Below are positions 1 to 8,489 of a stretch of 64,000 bases of DNA, piece after piece. Source of the DNA: a bacterium. GTDB taxonomy: Bacteria; Fidelibacterota; Fidelibacteria; Fidelibacterales; Fidelibacteraceae. The stretch's first letter is position 1, and each line of letters opens with the position of its first letter. The translations under genes were made by a program, and so were the position numbers. Location of the stretch: contig OY781066.1 in the NCBI GenBank assembly GCA_963676395.1, positions 1,248,001 to 1,312,000 on the forward strand. The letters are read 5' to 3'. The notes below the pieces were generated by a model. It ran no database searches and was not told the DNA's origin. It was given only the letters and a program-made list of their open reading frames with translations.

Positions 1-771
1 TCAGCATCCACGACCAATGCTTGGGATACAACCAAATATGCAAGCTATTCAACACTGTATGATGATTTTGTCGAATGGGGCGTTATCGACTCTTTGGAAA
101 TGGATGGCGGTCCGGCAACCTATGTTAAAGCGGGCATCGTTTATGATACGCGTGATAACGAAGCTTGCCCAATGAGTGGAATTTGGGAAGAAGTGATTTT
201 GACCTATGCTCCTACTGTTGCCGGTTTAAATGAAAGCGGTTGGTTGCAGTTAGCTGCTATCCATCGTCAGTATTTAACGCTTGTGCCGGATAAATTGTCG
301 TTGACATATCGTTTGGGGTATCAGGGTATTATTGCAGGTAAGCAACCCTTTTATCTTCAGGGCAATATGCCGGACTCAAGAAACAATCGCGACGGTCTCG
401 GCGGAAGTAAAAATGTTCGAGGTATCATGGGGTCTCGCTTGGTTGGTGATGGTTATGTTTATGCAAACCTGGAAGCTCGCTTGAAAATTGTAAGATTCAA
501 TTGGATCGGTCAAAGCTGGTACTTTGGTATTAATCCTTTCCTTGATGCGGGAATGGTCGTTCAACCTTATGAATATGATAAGACAGGTATTCCTTCGGAC
601 GAAATTGATAATTATCTGACAGGAAATAATGAAACCATTCACTTGTCATATGGCTTGGGTATTAAACTGGCCATGAATGAAAATATGATTCTTTCCGTTG
701 ATTATGGGTTTGCGGGAAGCCCCAATGACGGTAGTACGGGGCTTTATATTGGTCTCGGTTATCTCTATTAG
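1..771 (+). CDS. Omp85/BamA-TamA family outer-membrane beta-barrel protein, C-terminal part (5' truncated by window edge)
   Basis: Frame is open from base 1. Contains YDTRDN, GGSKNVRG (VRG-type loop-6 motif) and a C-terminal beta-signal GLYIGLGYLY. Confidence 0.75.
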   Translation, partial: SASTTNAWDTTKYASYSTLYDDFVEWGVIDSLEMDGGPATYVKAGIVYDTRDNEACPMSGIWEEVILTYAPTVAGLNESGWLQLAAIHRQYLTLVPDKLSLTYRLGYQGIIAGKQPFYLQGNMPDSRNNRDGLGGSKNVRGIMGSRLVGDGYVYANLEARLKIVRFNWIGQSWYFGINPFLDAGMVVQPYEYDKTGIPSDEIDNYLTGNNETIHLSYGLGIKLAMNENMILSVDYGFAGSPNDGSTGLYIGLGYLY

Positions 772-777
772 ACTATC

Positions 778-1143
778 ATGAAATATTTATTTATAGCGAT
801 GGGCGGTGCTGTAGGTGCCGTCCTTCGTTTTTCAGTCTCAGCTTTACTTAACCAAGTTGCAACGTCCAGCTTTCCATGGGGAACGTTGAGCGTAAATCTT
901 ATAGGTTCTTTTGTGTTAGCCTTACTGGTTTCTGTGACGGGCGGAGAACAAAATGCATGGTATTTTTTTCTTGCGGTTGGGGTGCTGGGAGCGTTTACAA
1001 CTTTTTCAACCTTTAGTGTTGAAACCTTTAATCTTATAAATACTGCAGGGTTGGGTATGGGCATCCTGAATATGGTCGCAAATCTTGTTGGGGGATTGGG
1101 ACTGGCTCTAAGTGGATATTTGATTGGGAATCTGATAAAATAA
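778..1143 (+). CDS. crcB: Fluoride efflux channel CrcB/Fluc
   Basis: Four TM segments with GGAVGAVLR, FPWGTLSVN and GVLGAFTTFSTF motifs. Confidence 0.93.
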   Translation: MKYLFIAMGGAVGAVLRFSVSALLNQVATSSFPWGTLSVNLIGSFVLALLVSVTGGEQNAWYFFLAVGVLGAFTTFSTFSVETFNLINTAGLGMGILNMVANLVGGLGLALSGYLIGNLIK

Positions 1144-1339
1144 TTTAACAACTTTGGACTTTACCCCAAGTTTGTTGATATAAGCTTAAAAATATTATTT
1201 ACTACTATTGCTTTCAGCTGAAAATTGTCATAATTTAATTGTGCTAATTATAAAATAAGCAGTAGCAATATTTGGGCCACTACCGGAGGACAAACGGGGT
1301 GGCGCGTTTTACATTAAGGGAAATTTAAGGAGTGGTACA

Positions 1340-2458
1340 ATGGCAAAATACCGCATTGGATGGATGCCTGGAGATGGTGTTGGCAATGAAGTTATGGAAG
1401 CAGCCAAGATTGTTTTAGACAAGCTTGAACTCGACGCAGAGTTTGTTCATGGTGATATCGGTTGGGAATACTGGAAAAGCGAAGGTGACGCGCTTCCCCA
1501 AAGAACTATCGATATGCTTAAGACAGTAGATTGTGCACTTTTTGGTGCTATTACCTCAAAACCCAAAGAAGAAGCAGAGAAAGAGCTGAAACCCGAATTG
1601 CGTGGTAAAGGCTTGGTTTATTTTTCTCCCATTGTACGTCTTCGTCAGCTTTTTAAACTGCATACCAATATGCGTCCCTGTAAAGCTTACAAAGGAAACC
1701 CCTTGAACTATAAAGATGATATTGACATCACAATATTTCGTGAAAACACCGAAGGTATGTATGGTGGTGTGGAATTTCACCCTCTTCCTCAGGAAATCTA
1801 TGATGTCTTAGATAAAAATCATCCTAAGATGAAAAAATTCAAGGATGCCGGTCTGGAAAATATAGCCCTCTCTACTCGTGTGATGACTCGCCAAGGTTGC
1901 GAGAGTATTGTTCGTAACGCCTTTGAATTTGCTAAAGAATATGGCAAGAAAGCCGTGACTGTTTGTGATAAACCAAATGTATTACGTGAAACCGGTGGTT
2001 TAATGATCCGTACAGCGCGTGAAGTTGCAAAAGACTATCCGGGCATTGAACTATGGGAAACGAACATCGATGCTCAATGTATGTGGTTGGTTAAAAATCC
2101 CGCAAATTACGAAGTGATCGCGGCCGAAAATATGTTTGGTGATATTTTGTCTGACCTTTCTGCGCAGTTGGTTGGTGGGCTTGGTTTTGCGTGTGCTGCC
2201 AATATTGGTGACGATCTTGCCGTGTTTGAACCTACACATGGTTCTGCTCCCAAGTATTATGGCCAATATAAAGTTAATCCAACGGCAATGATCTTGACCG
2301 TGAAAATGATGTTGGATTGGTTGGGTGAAAAGGATATGGCCGATAAGCTTGAAAAAGCGGTGGCTGATGTGATCGAAGAAGGCAAGGTTCGCACCTATGA
2401 TCTGGGTGGAACAAATACTTCGCTTGAAGTTGCTGAAGCCGTTGCAGCAAAATTATAG
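1340..2458 (+). CDS. Isocitrate/isopropylmalate (beta-decarboxylating) dehydrogenase family protein; substrate uncertain
   Basis: PGDGVGNEV, RENTEG, NMFGDILSDL, FEPTHGSAP and NPTAMIL motifs; AAGGAG SD. Confidence 0.9.
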   Translation: MAKYRIGWMPGDGVGNEVMEAAKIVLDKLELDAEFVHGDIGWEYWKSEGDALPQRTIDMLKTVDCALFGAITSKPKEEAEKELKPELRGKGLVYFSPIVRLRQLFKLHTNMRPCKAYKGNPLNYKDDIDITIFRENTEGMYGGVEFHPLPQEIYDVLDKNHPKMKKFKDAGLENIALSTRVMTRQGCESIVRNAFEFAKEYGKKAVTVCDKPNVLRETGGLMIRTAREVAKDYPGIELWETNIDAQCMWLVKNPANYEVIAAENMFGDILSDLSAQLVGGLGFACAANIGDDLAVFEPTHGSAPKYYGQYKVNPTAMILTVKMMLDWLGEKDMADKLEKAVADVIEEGKVRTYDLGGTNTSLEVAEAVAAKL

Positions 2459-2468
2459 ATTTTATTCG

Positions 2469-2506
2469 ATAGCCTTGGGTTTTAGCTCAAGGCTATTCTG
2501 TTTTAT
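2469..2506 (+). terminator. Intrinsic terminator hairpin
   Basis: ATAGCCTTG...CAAGGCTAT followed by a T-rich tract, 10 nt after the stop codon. Confidence 0.7.
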
Positions 2507-2584
2507 TTAAAATATTAATAATAGTTTGGTATATGCTCATTAGTCTTTTTTATATTATATCAATATTTAAATAGAGGATGCCTT

Positions 2585-3997
2585 ATTAATATCACAGTTA
2601 TTAGCGGAAGCCCACAAGGAAAGTATAGTATTACTTTGCAGTCTTTAGAATACATTAGAGAATTTGACAAGAGTGATAATAATTATGAAATCCATCATGT
2701 AAGTAAAAAGATCATGATGTTAGAAAAAGATGAAGCAAGGTTTCAAGAAGTTTTTGATTCTATGGTTCGAGCCGATATGATATACTGGGTATATCCTGTG
2801 TATTCTTCTTTTGTACCATATCAATTGTTGCGTTTTATCGAAATGGTTTATCAACATCCTGAGCTTGATAAGTTAAAGGGTAAGTATTCTTCCCAAATTG
2901 TAACCTCCATGAATTTCTATGATTATATTCCCAATATTTATATGCGACAGGTCTGTGAGGATTGGGGTATGAATGTCATTCCCGGTCATTTTGCAAATAT
3001 GACAGACATGGTATTTAAACATGGTCAAAACAGCTTGGATGTTTTTGCAAAAGAGATTCAATATCATGTTGAAAGTAATTTTAAATCTGTAAGGGATTAT
3101 GCCCCTACCGTGTATGAGTCCAAAACATATATTCCCGAAGAGATCACAGCGTGTGATCACAATTCAAATTATAAGATATCTTTAATCACGAACAATTTAG
3201 ATCCTGAGTCAAATCTTGGGAAGATGATAGATGTTTTTATAAAGATGACTCCCAATCCGGTCACAGTGCTGAATTTACATGAGCTTGATATTAAAACTGG
3301 ATGTTTGGGGTGTTTGCATTGTACGATGCAGGAAGGGTGTTCGATAAAGGATGATCATCGAAAGATATTTGATGAGCATATTTGGGGTTCCGATTGTGTG
3401 ATCTATGCTGTTGAGATAGAGAATCATGCTCCTAAAAGCATTTGGAAAAAATTCGAAGATCGACATTTTAGTAATGGACATAGGGTTAGTGTTGATGTAA
3501 AGCCGGTTGGATTTCTTTTTTCCGGTCCGATCAGCCAGGAAAGTAATTTAAGGGAAATGTATGAAGCTCGAGGAGATGTAGGGCATTCGTTTCAATTAGA
3601 TTCCGTCAGTGATGAAGGTGATAGTGAACTTATCACAGAATCAATTAAAACACTTAGCAAAAAGATGATGTGGGCCTTAGAGAATAAGGCATCTCGCCCT
3701 CAAACATTTTGGGGTATAGCCGGTATTAAGATATTTAGGGATATGATCTATACAATGAAGGGTTTAATGCGAGATGATCATAAATATTATAAGAAAAATA
3801 AATTATATGATTTTCCTCAGAATAAAAAAGGGATGATCATCTTTTCGTATATTCTCGGTTCTTTTATGTCTATTAAAAGAATTAAGAAGAAAATTTTACC
3901 CAAATTGAGCAGTTCAAGAATTAAGATATATCAGCGCGTGATCGGAATGAAGAAGAGCTCACAGCTTAAGGGGCGAGAGTTAGAGATAGGAATGTAG
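2585..3997 (+). CDS. Tandem flavodoxin-fold NAD(P)H-dependent FMN reductase / iron-sulfur flavoprotein-like protein; probable non-canonical ATT start
   Basis: The frame extends upstream of the track start (2636) to give (M)NITVISGSPQGKYSIT, the typical N-terminal flavodoxin loop. GAGGA at 2574-2578. CLGCLHC...C motif in the second domain. Confidence 0.75.
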   Translation: MNITVISGSPQGKYSITLQSLEYIREFDKSDNNYEIHHVSKKIMMLEKDEARFQEVFDSMVRADMIYWVYPVYSSFVPYQLLRFIEMVYQHPELDKLKGKYSSQIVTSMNFYDYIPNIYMRQVCEDWGMNVIPGHFANMTDMVFKHGQNSLDVFAKEIQYHVESNFKSVRDYAPTVYESKTYIPEEITACDHNSNYKISLITNNLDPESNLGKMIDVFIKMTPNPVTVLNLHELDIKTGCLGCLHCTMQEGCSIKDDHRKIFDEHIWGSDCVIYAVEIENHAPKSIWKKFEDRHFSNGHRVSVDVKPVGFLFSGPISQESNLREMYEARGDVGHSFQLDSVSDEGDSELITESIKTLSKKMMWALENKASRPQTFWGIAGIKIFRDMIYTMKGLMRDDHKYYKKNKLYDFPQNKKGMIIFSYILGSFMSIKRIKKKILPKLSSSRIKIYQRVIGMKKSSQLKGRELEIGM

Positions 3998-4021
3998 TGG
4001 CGCGGTGCGGTATAATATATA

Positions 4022-4110
4022 ACAAGGTGGCTTAAGAGCCGCTCGTATACGATTAAACAACAATAATAGCCTATGGTGAAGCGGGGAAGCCGAAGGTTAT
4101 TGGTGTTACC
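4022..4110 (+). ncRNA. Candidate structured RNA of unknown family
   Basis: GC-enriched island after TATAAT (4011-4016), with hairpins GGTGGC/GCCGCT and AATAGCCT/AGGTTATT; no ORF. Confidence 0.35.
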
Positions 4111-4201
4111 TCAATATTTTAAATAACTAACACATGTTGCTTCGTAAATTGTGATATTTAAACAGAGGGTCACAAAATATTAAAAATATTAATAAAAGCG
4201 C

Positions 4202-4230
4202 TTGATATAATTAATATAATTAAATATAAT
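4202..4230 (+). promoter_or_regulatory. sigma70-type promoter overlapped by three TATAATT direct repeats
   Basis: TTGATA-N17-TATAAT; TATAATT at 4206, 4215 and 4225. Confidence 0.7.
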
Positions 4231-4249
4231 TGGCTTGGAGGAAAAAATA

Positions 4250-4630
4250 ATGAATGAATGGAAAAAACTGACAGAGATGACTGAAGGGAAAGAATTAAAA
4301 GTACTGAAGGTGGAAGAGCCTGAAAGCGGTATTCGAATTGAAGGTGAATTTAAGCTACCGCCTTTAGCAAGATTGAGCGCTGAAGACCAATTGTTTGTTG
4401 CCGTCTTTTTAAAAGCTCACGGTTCCATCAAACAAATGGAAAAGGTATTTGGAATATCATATCCAACGGTGAAGAATCGACTGAATAAAATCGTATCTAA
4501 GTTGGATATTGTAAATATAGATGTAAGCATTGAAGAAGCGAATGACAGAGAGGGCTCACGCTTAAGCATTCTTGAAAAATTGGAAAAAGGTGAAATAAGC
4601 ATGGATGACGCCCTGAAAGGATTGAAGTAA
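4250..4630 (+). CDS. DUF2089-family HTH protein with C-terminal SHOCT-like helix
   Basis: GSIKQMEKVFGISYPTVKNRLN; tail ILEKLEKGEISMDDALKGL; GGAGG SD at 4237-4241 favours ATG 4250. Confidence 0.85.
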   Translation: MNEWKKLTEMTEGKELKVLKVEEPESGIRIEGEFKLPPLARLSAEDQLFVAVFLKAHGSIKQMEKVFGISYPTVKNRLNKIVSKLDIVNIDVSIEEANDREGSRLSILEKLEKGEISMDDALKGLK

Positions 4631-4631
4631 T

Positions 4632-4913
4632 ATGGGGATTCGTATTGTTTCAAAAGGTCCGAAGCAATCTTTTCGTTTAAGCTTACCGGGAATACTGATT
4701 CTATTAATTTTGTTGCTGTTTTTGCCGTTGATTTTATTGCTAATAATATTCACGGCAATAGGGTTGTTTATTTGGAATTTAGTGCCCGGACAACACTTAC
4801 AGGCACGCGCATACACGAAAATAGTACTTGCTGTTCCCACAATATTTTTTGCCATGCGTGGTCTTACGGTTGATGTTGAATCTGAAGATCTTGATATAAA
4901 AATAAACTTTTAG
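4632..4913 (+). CDS. Small membrane protein of the DUF2089 operon
   Basis: Long hydrophobic segment plus GLTVDVES tail; 1 nt from the upstream stop. Confidence 0.7.
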   Translation: MGIRIVSKGPKQSFRLSLPGILILLILLLFLPLILLLIIFTAIGLFIWNLVPGQHLQARAYTKIVLAVPTIFFAMRGLTVDVESEDLDIKINF

Positions 4914-4924
4914 GAGATATAAAA

Positions 4925-5356
4925 ATGAACGAAGAAAGATTAAAAGTATTGAATATGATCGCAGAGGGAAAGATCTCTGTCGAAGAAGGGGGTAAACTTC
5001 TTGATGCCTTGGATAAAAATGAAGCTAAAACAGACACAAGCGAAGATTTGATCGAAACCGTAAAAAAGGCGGGAATTAATTATCTTTATGTCGATATCAA
5101 TCCTAAGAATGAAAGTGCTAAAGAAAAAGTTCATGTCAAGGTTCCTTTGGCTCTGGTTAGAGCCGGCGTAAATATTGCTTCTATGCTGCCGGGTGATGTT
5201 CAGGAAAAAGTAAATTCTGCCATGGATGAAAAAGGTATGAGCTTTGACCTATCGTCTATTAAGCCGGAGAATATTGAAGAACTGATTCAGGCCCTTGAAG
5301 AGATGGAAGTGAATATCGATTCCGAAGATCATGCGGTTAGGGTTTATTGCGCGTAA
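4925..5356 (+). CDS. SHOCT-like domain protein (YvlB/LiaX-type N-terminus)
   Basis: MNEERLKVLNMIAEGKISVEEGGKLLDAL N-terminus and VHVKVPLALV; AGGAG SD. Confidence 0.75.
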   Translation: MNEERLKVLNMIAEGKISVEEGGKLLDALDKNEAKTDTSEDLIETVKKAGINYLYVDINPKNESAKEKVHVKVPLALVRAGVNIASMLPGDVQEKVNSAMDEKGMSFDLSSIKPENIEELIQALEEMEVNIDSEDHAVRVYCA

Positions 5357-5382
5357 GCAGATGACCGAAATAGATTCTTTTG

Positions 5383-5409
5383 ATAGCCTTGGTTTAAACC
5401 CAAGGCTGT
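5383..5409. terminator. Probable bidirectional terminator between convergent genes
   Basis: ATAGCCTTGG-TTTAAAC-CCAAGGCTGT. Confidence 0.7.
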
Positions 5410-5418
5410 TCATATTTA

Positions 5419-6285
5419 TTAAAACAATTCCCCTTGTAATTCAATCTCTCTATAAAACTCCATTTTTGTTGCCAATCTCAATTCTTTACATTTCATTTGA
5501 TATACATCGTAGAGTTTTTTGGCGTTGGGAGAGGAACATCCGTATTCGTTAGCGAATTCTTGAATATACTTTTCTTTTACTCCGGGAAAGTGCTTATCCA
5601 ATTGCTCGTAGTACCACTCTCGCTGTCCTTGTCGCTGTGTCATGCCGGGCCACATAAGCACATAATTGGCTCCGGATTCTTTTGCCTTATGGATCAATGA
5701 TACAATATTATCCAATGAATCCGTTAGAAAGGGCAAGACAGGCGAGATCAGTACACCGCAATAAATACCCTTTTGCGAAAGTTGATGAATGGCTTTGAAC
5801 CTATCGGATGATTTGGGTGCGGAAGGTTCAATTTTCTTGCTTAATTCATCATTCGATGTGGTGATCGTAATGGAAACAGCCGCATAGATTTTTGAGATGT
5901 CTTTCAGGAGGTCAATATCACGAGTAACGAGATCGCTCTTGGTAATAATATGTACCGGAAATTGAAATCGTTTAAGCTGTTCGAGAGCTTGTCGTGTTAA
6001 TTTTAATTCTTTTTCAACCGGCATATAGGGGTCATTCATGCTACCGGTGCCAACGGTTCCTTTCTTTCGTTTGGAAGGCAGTTCTTTTTTGAGCAGATCA
6101 ATGGCATTTTCTTTTACGCGGATATCTCTAAGGTCGCCCAATTGATAACACTCGGATCTGGAATCACAATAGATACATTGGTGCTGACAACCTCGATACA
6201 AGTTCATATTGTATACAATACCAAAAGGGTCATAGCCTGAGACTTTGAGCTTAGATAGGATGGTTTTAGATTTAATGTAACGCAT
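5419..6285 (-). CDS. Radical SAM protein (SplB-like / Rv2578c-like family)
   Basis: NLYRGCQHQCIYC (CxxxCxxC), GSMNDPY, ITKSDLVTRD and KIEP motifs. Confidence 0.88.
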   Translation of the reverse strand: MRYIKSKTILSKLKVSGYDPFGIVYNMNLYRGCQHQCIYCDSRSECYQLGDLRDIRVKENAIDLLKKELPSKRKKGTVGTGSMNDPYMPVEKELKLTRQALEQLKRFQFPVHIITKSDLVTRDIDLLKDISKIYAAVSITITTSNDELSKKIEPSAPKSSDRFKAIHQLSQKGIYCGVLISPVLPFLTDSLDNIVSLIHKAKESGANYVLMWPGMTQRQGQREWYYEQLDKHFPGVKEKYIQEFANEYGCSSPNAKKLYDVYQMKCKELRLATKMEFYREIELQGELF

Positions 6286-6380
6286 TTTAATGGTATATAT
6301 AATGTACAGGAAGGTTTATATCACCAAGGTTTTGTATAGCAAAGTGTAATCGTCTCCCCAAAATAATTTTACTTAGAGAA

Positions 6381-7409
6381 CTACCATTTACCTTCTTTTA
6401 GAACTGTTTCAACCATTGCAAGATAGTTTTCAGGTTTGACATATTCGGGGATAGAGTTTGAAGAACCGGCACACCAGCCACCACGACCTTTAGCGATCTC
6501 AATAAAATTTCGCGTCAAGTTGCGAATTTCGTCGGGCGTAGCACGACAGAGCTGATCGACATCAATACCACCGCAGAGACAAAGTTTATCACCTACGCGA
6601 TCCTTAAGCTCGCCCATATCCATAGAAATTGGTTCGACCGGGTGCAGACTTGTGATACCAATAGTGTCAATAAGATCAGGCATTACATCGTAAAGTACGC
6701 CATCCGAATGGTAGATAAATGGGATACCGCGATCTTTGGCTAGTTTTCCTATTCGTTTAAGGTAGGGGAAAAGATTTTCACGCAAGAAGTCCGGTGATAC
6801 CATTAGACCTGATGAATATGCGATATCGTCACTGTACCATAAAACTTTTACATGGTCCATGCTGGCCATGGTTTCAAACATAGATACAACCAATTCACCC
6901 ATTTTATCAAACATGGCAGTGATCAATTCGGGATCTTCATACATTTTCATGGAAAAATTTTCGAAGCCCATCATTTCCCAGACTGTAGTATAAATGTCAC
7001 CATATTGTCCAATAATACCCATGTCATCCGGAATGAGTTTTCCGGCCTCTTCGAGGCGCGAATATTCCAGATCATCTTTTTTTACCCAATTGTAAGTTTC
7101 AAAAGATTTCCAATCCGAAACGACACCATCATGTTCGGATGACCAAGAGCGATCCGGAGCTACATTTGCATTTTTAGCTACTGAACGATTTGTATCAATA
7201 TTGATGCCGGGTTGAACTTTGATAAAATCATATCCCATTGCGCGCATGAATTCGATTTCATCTTTGACAGATATAATAGGCTTACCCATTATCTTTTCGC
7301 GCATTTCAGGGTGGATCCCCAGTTCAATGAGAGGAATATAATCATTAGTTTTATTGAAAAGGGTTTTTTGAAAATGTTCAAAATCCGGTTTTTTTAAATG
7401 TGAAAACAT
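6381..7409 (-). CDS. Uroporphyrinogen decarboxylase-fold (MtaA/CmuA-like) corrinoid methyltransferase family protein
   Basis: YSDDIA, YHSDG, LCLCGGID and SSNSIP motifs; adjacent to a corrinoid protein. Confidence 0.8.
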   Translation of the reverse strand: MFSHLKKPDFEHFQKTLFNKTNDYIPLIELGIHPEMREKIMGKPIISVKDEIEFMRAMGYDFIKVQPGINIDTNRSVAKNANVAPDRSWSSEHDGVVSDWKSFETYNWVKKDDLEYSRLEEAGKLIPDDMGIIGQYGDIYTTVWEMMGFENFSMKMYEDPELITAMFDKMGELVVSMFETMASMDHVKVLWYSDDIAYSSGLMVSPDFLRENLFPYLKRIGKLAKDRGIPFIYHSDGVLYDVMPDLIDTIGITSLHPVEPISMDMGELKDRVGDKLCLCGGIDVDQLCRATPDEIRNLTRNFIEIAKGRGGWCAGSSNSIPEYVKPENYLAMVETVLKEGKW

Positions 7410-7418
7410 AAGCTCTCC

Positions 7419-8096
7419 TTAAGCTGCACTAATGCCCAGCATGCGTTTTGCCTCTTGTACGGCTTGATTTGCATTTTTGGCATAACCTTCTGCACCAATT
7501 TCTTTTGCAAATGCCGGTGTTACGGGAGCACCGCCGATGAAAACTTTGTTGGTTAGATTGTTTACTCGTAGCAGATCAATAACTCCCTTCATGTTTTTCA
7601 TGGTAACGGTTAAAAGTGCGCTCATCCCAATGATTGCATTGGGATTATTCTTGGCTGCTTGTAGAAATTTTGCTGCCGGCACATTAATTCCAAGATCTTC
7701 TATCTCGAAACCCGCGCCTTCCAACATCATGCAAACCAGATTTTTACCGATATCATGCAAATCTCCTTGAACGGTTCCAACAATAACTTTTCCTAAGATC
7801 AGATCAGAATCTTCCATGAGTTGTGGTTTGATCAACTCAAGTCCGGACTTCATAGCTTTAGCAGAAAATAACATTTCAGGTACAAAGATCTCGTTATTTT
7901 CATAGCGTTGTCCTACGATGCTCATGGCTTCTATTAAACTTTTACTTAGAATATCTTCGACCGAAATATTGTTTTGTAGCGCTTGCTCGGTTATTTCTTT
8001 TACACCCGGTTGACCTTCCATGTCCTTTGGAAATTTCGAGGTTGCGTCGATATGACCCTTGACCACGCATTCTTTGATGGATTCAAGAATGTTCAT
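7419..8096 (-). CDS. Corrinoid (B12-binding) methyltransferase cognate protein
   Basis: Cap domain FVPEMLFSAKAM; GTVQGDLHDIGKNLV (DxHxxG); MSALL; IGGAP. Confidence 0.92.
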   Translation of the reverse strand: MNILESIKECVVKGHIDATSKFPKDMEGQPGVKEITEQALQNNISVEDILSKSLIEAMSIVGQRYENNEIFVPEMLFSAKAMKSGLELIKPQLMEDSDLILGKVIVGTVQGDLHDIGKNLVCMMLEGAGFEIEDLGINVPAAKFLQAAKNNPNAIIGMSALLTVTMKNMKGVIDLLRVNNLTNKVFIGGAPVTPAFAKEIGAEGYAKNANQAVQEAKRMLGISAA

Positions 8097-8489
8097 AATT
8101 TCTCCTTAGTCGTTCTGCATGTAAATTTATTGTTTGTATGTATAAGTATCAACGAAAAAGGGTTGAAAAAACGAGTTAATCCAATATGATTTTTAAAGTG
8201 CATTTACCTGTGAATTTATCTATCTTTGCGTCGTTGAAAATAATTGACATAAATTAAAAAAATAAAACAATAAACAAATGTATATTAGAATATTGGGAAT
8301 CAAAAACATAACTCTTTAGCTTTACCGAAAATCAATTCAACAAATTGTTAATGATAACTTATCTGAGTTTAAAACACTACCACGCTGTTATTGGAGACTA
8401 AATTGACGTACACAACTGATGAAATTAATAAAACCGTAAACACCAATCCCAAAGATAAACAAGCTTTACTAAACAGTATATTGAATATC

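Noticed and set aside
720..778. Fluoride riboswitch before crcB
   Set aside because: Only 6 nt separate crcB from the upstream gene and no aptamer consensus is present.
4014..4110. Integron attC site or pistol ribozyme
   Set aside because: The TAACAAGG start looks attC-like, but there is no complementary L/R box at the far end and no integrase; the pistol pseudoknot partner is missing.
4149..4175. CRP or Rex site (TTGTGA...TCACAA)
   Set aside because: The 15-nt spacer fits neither consensus.
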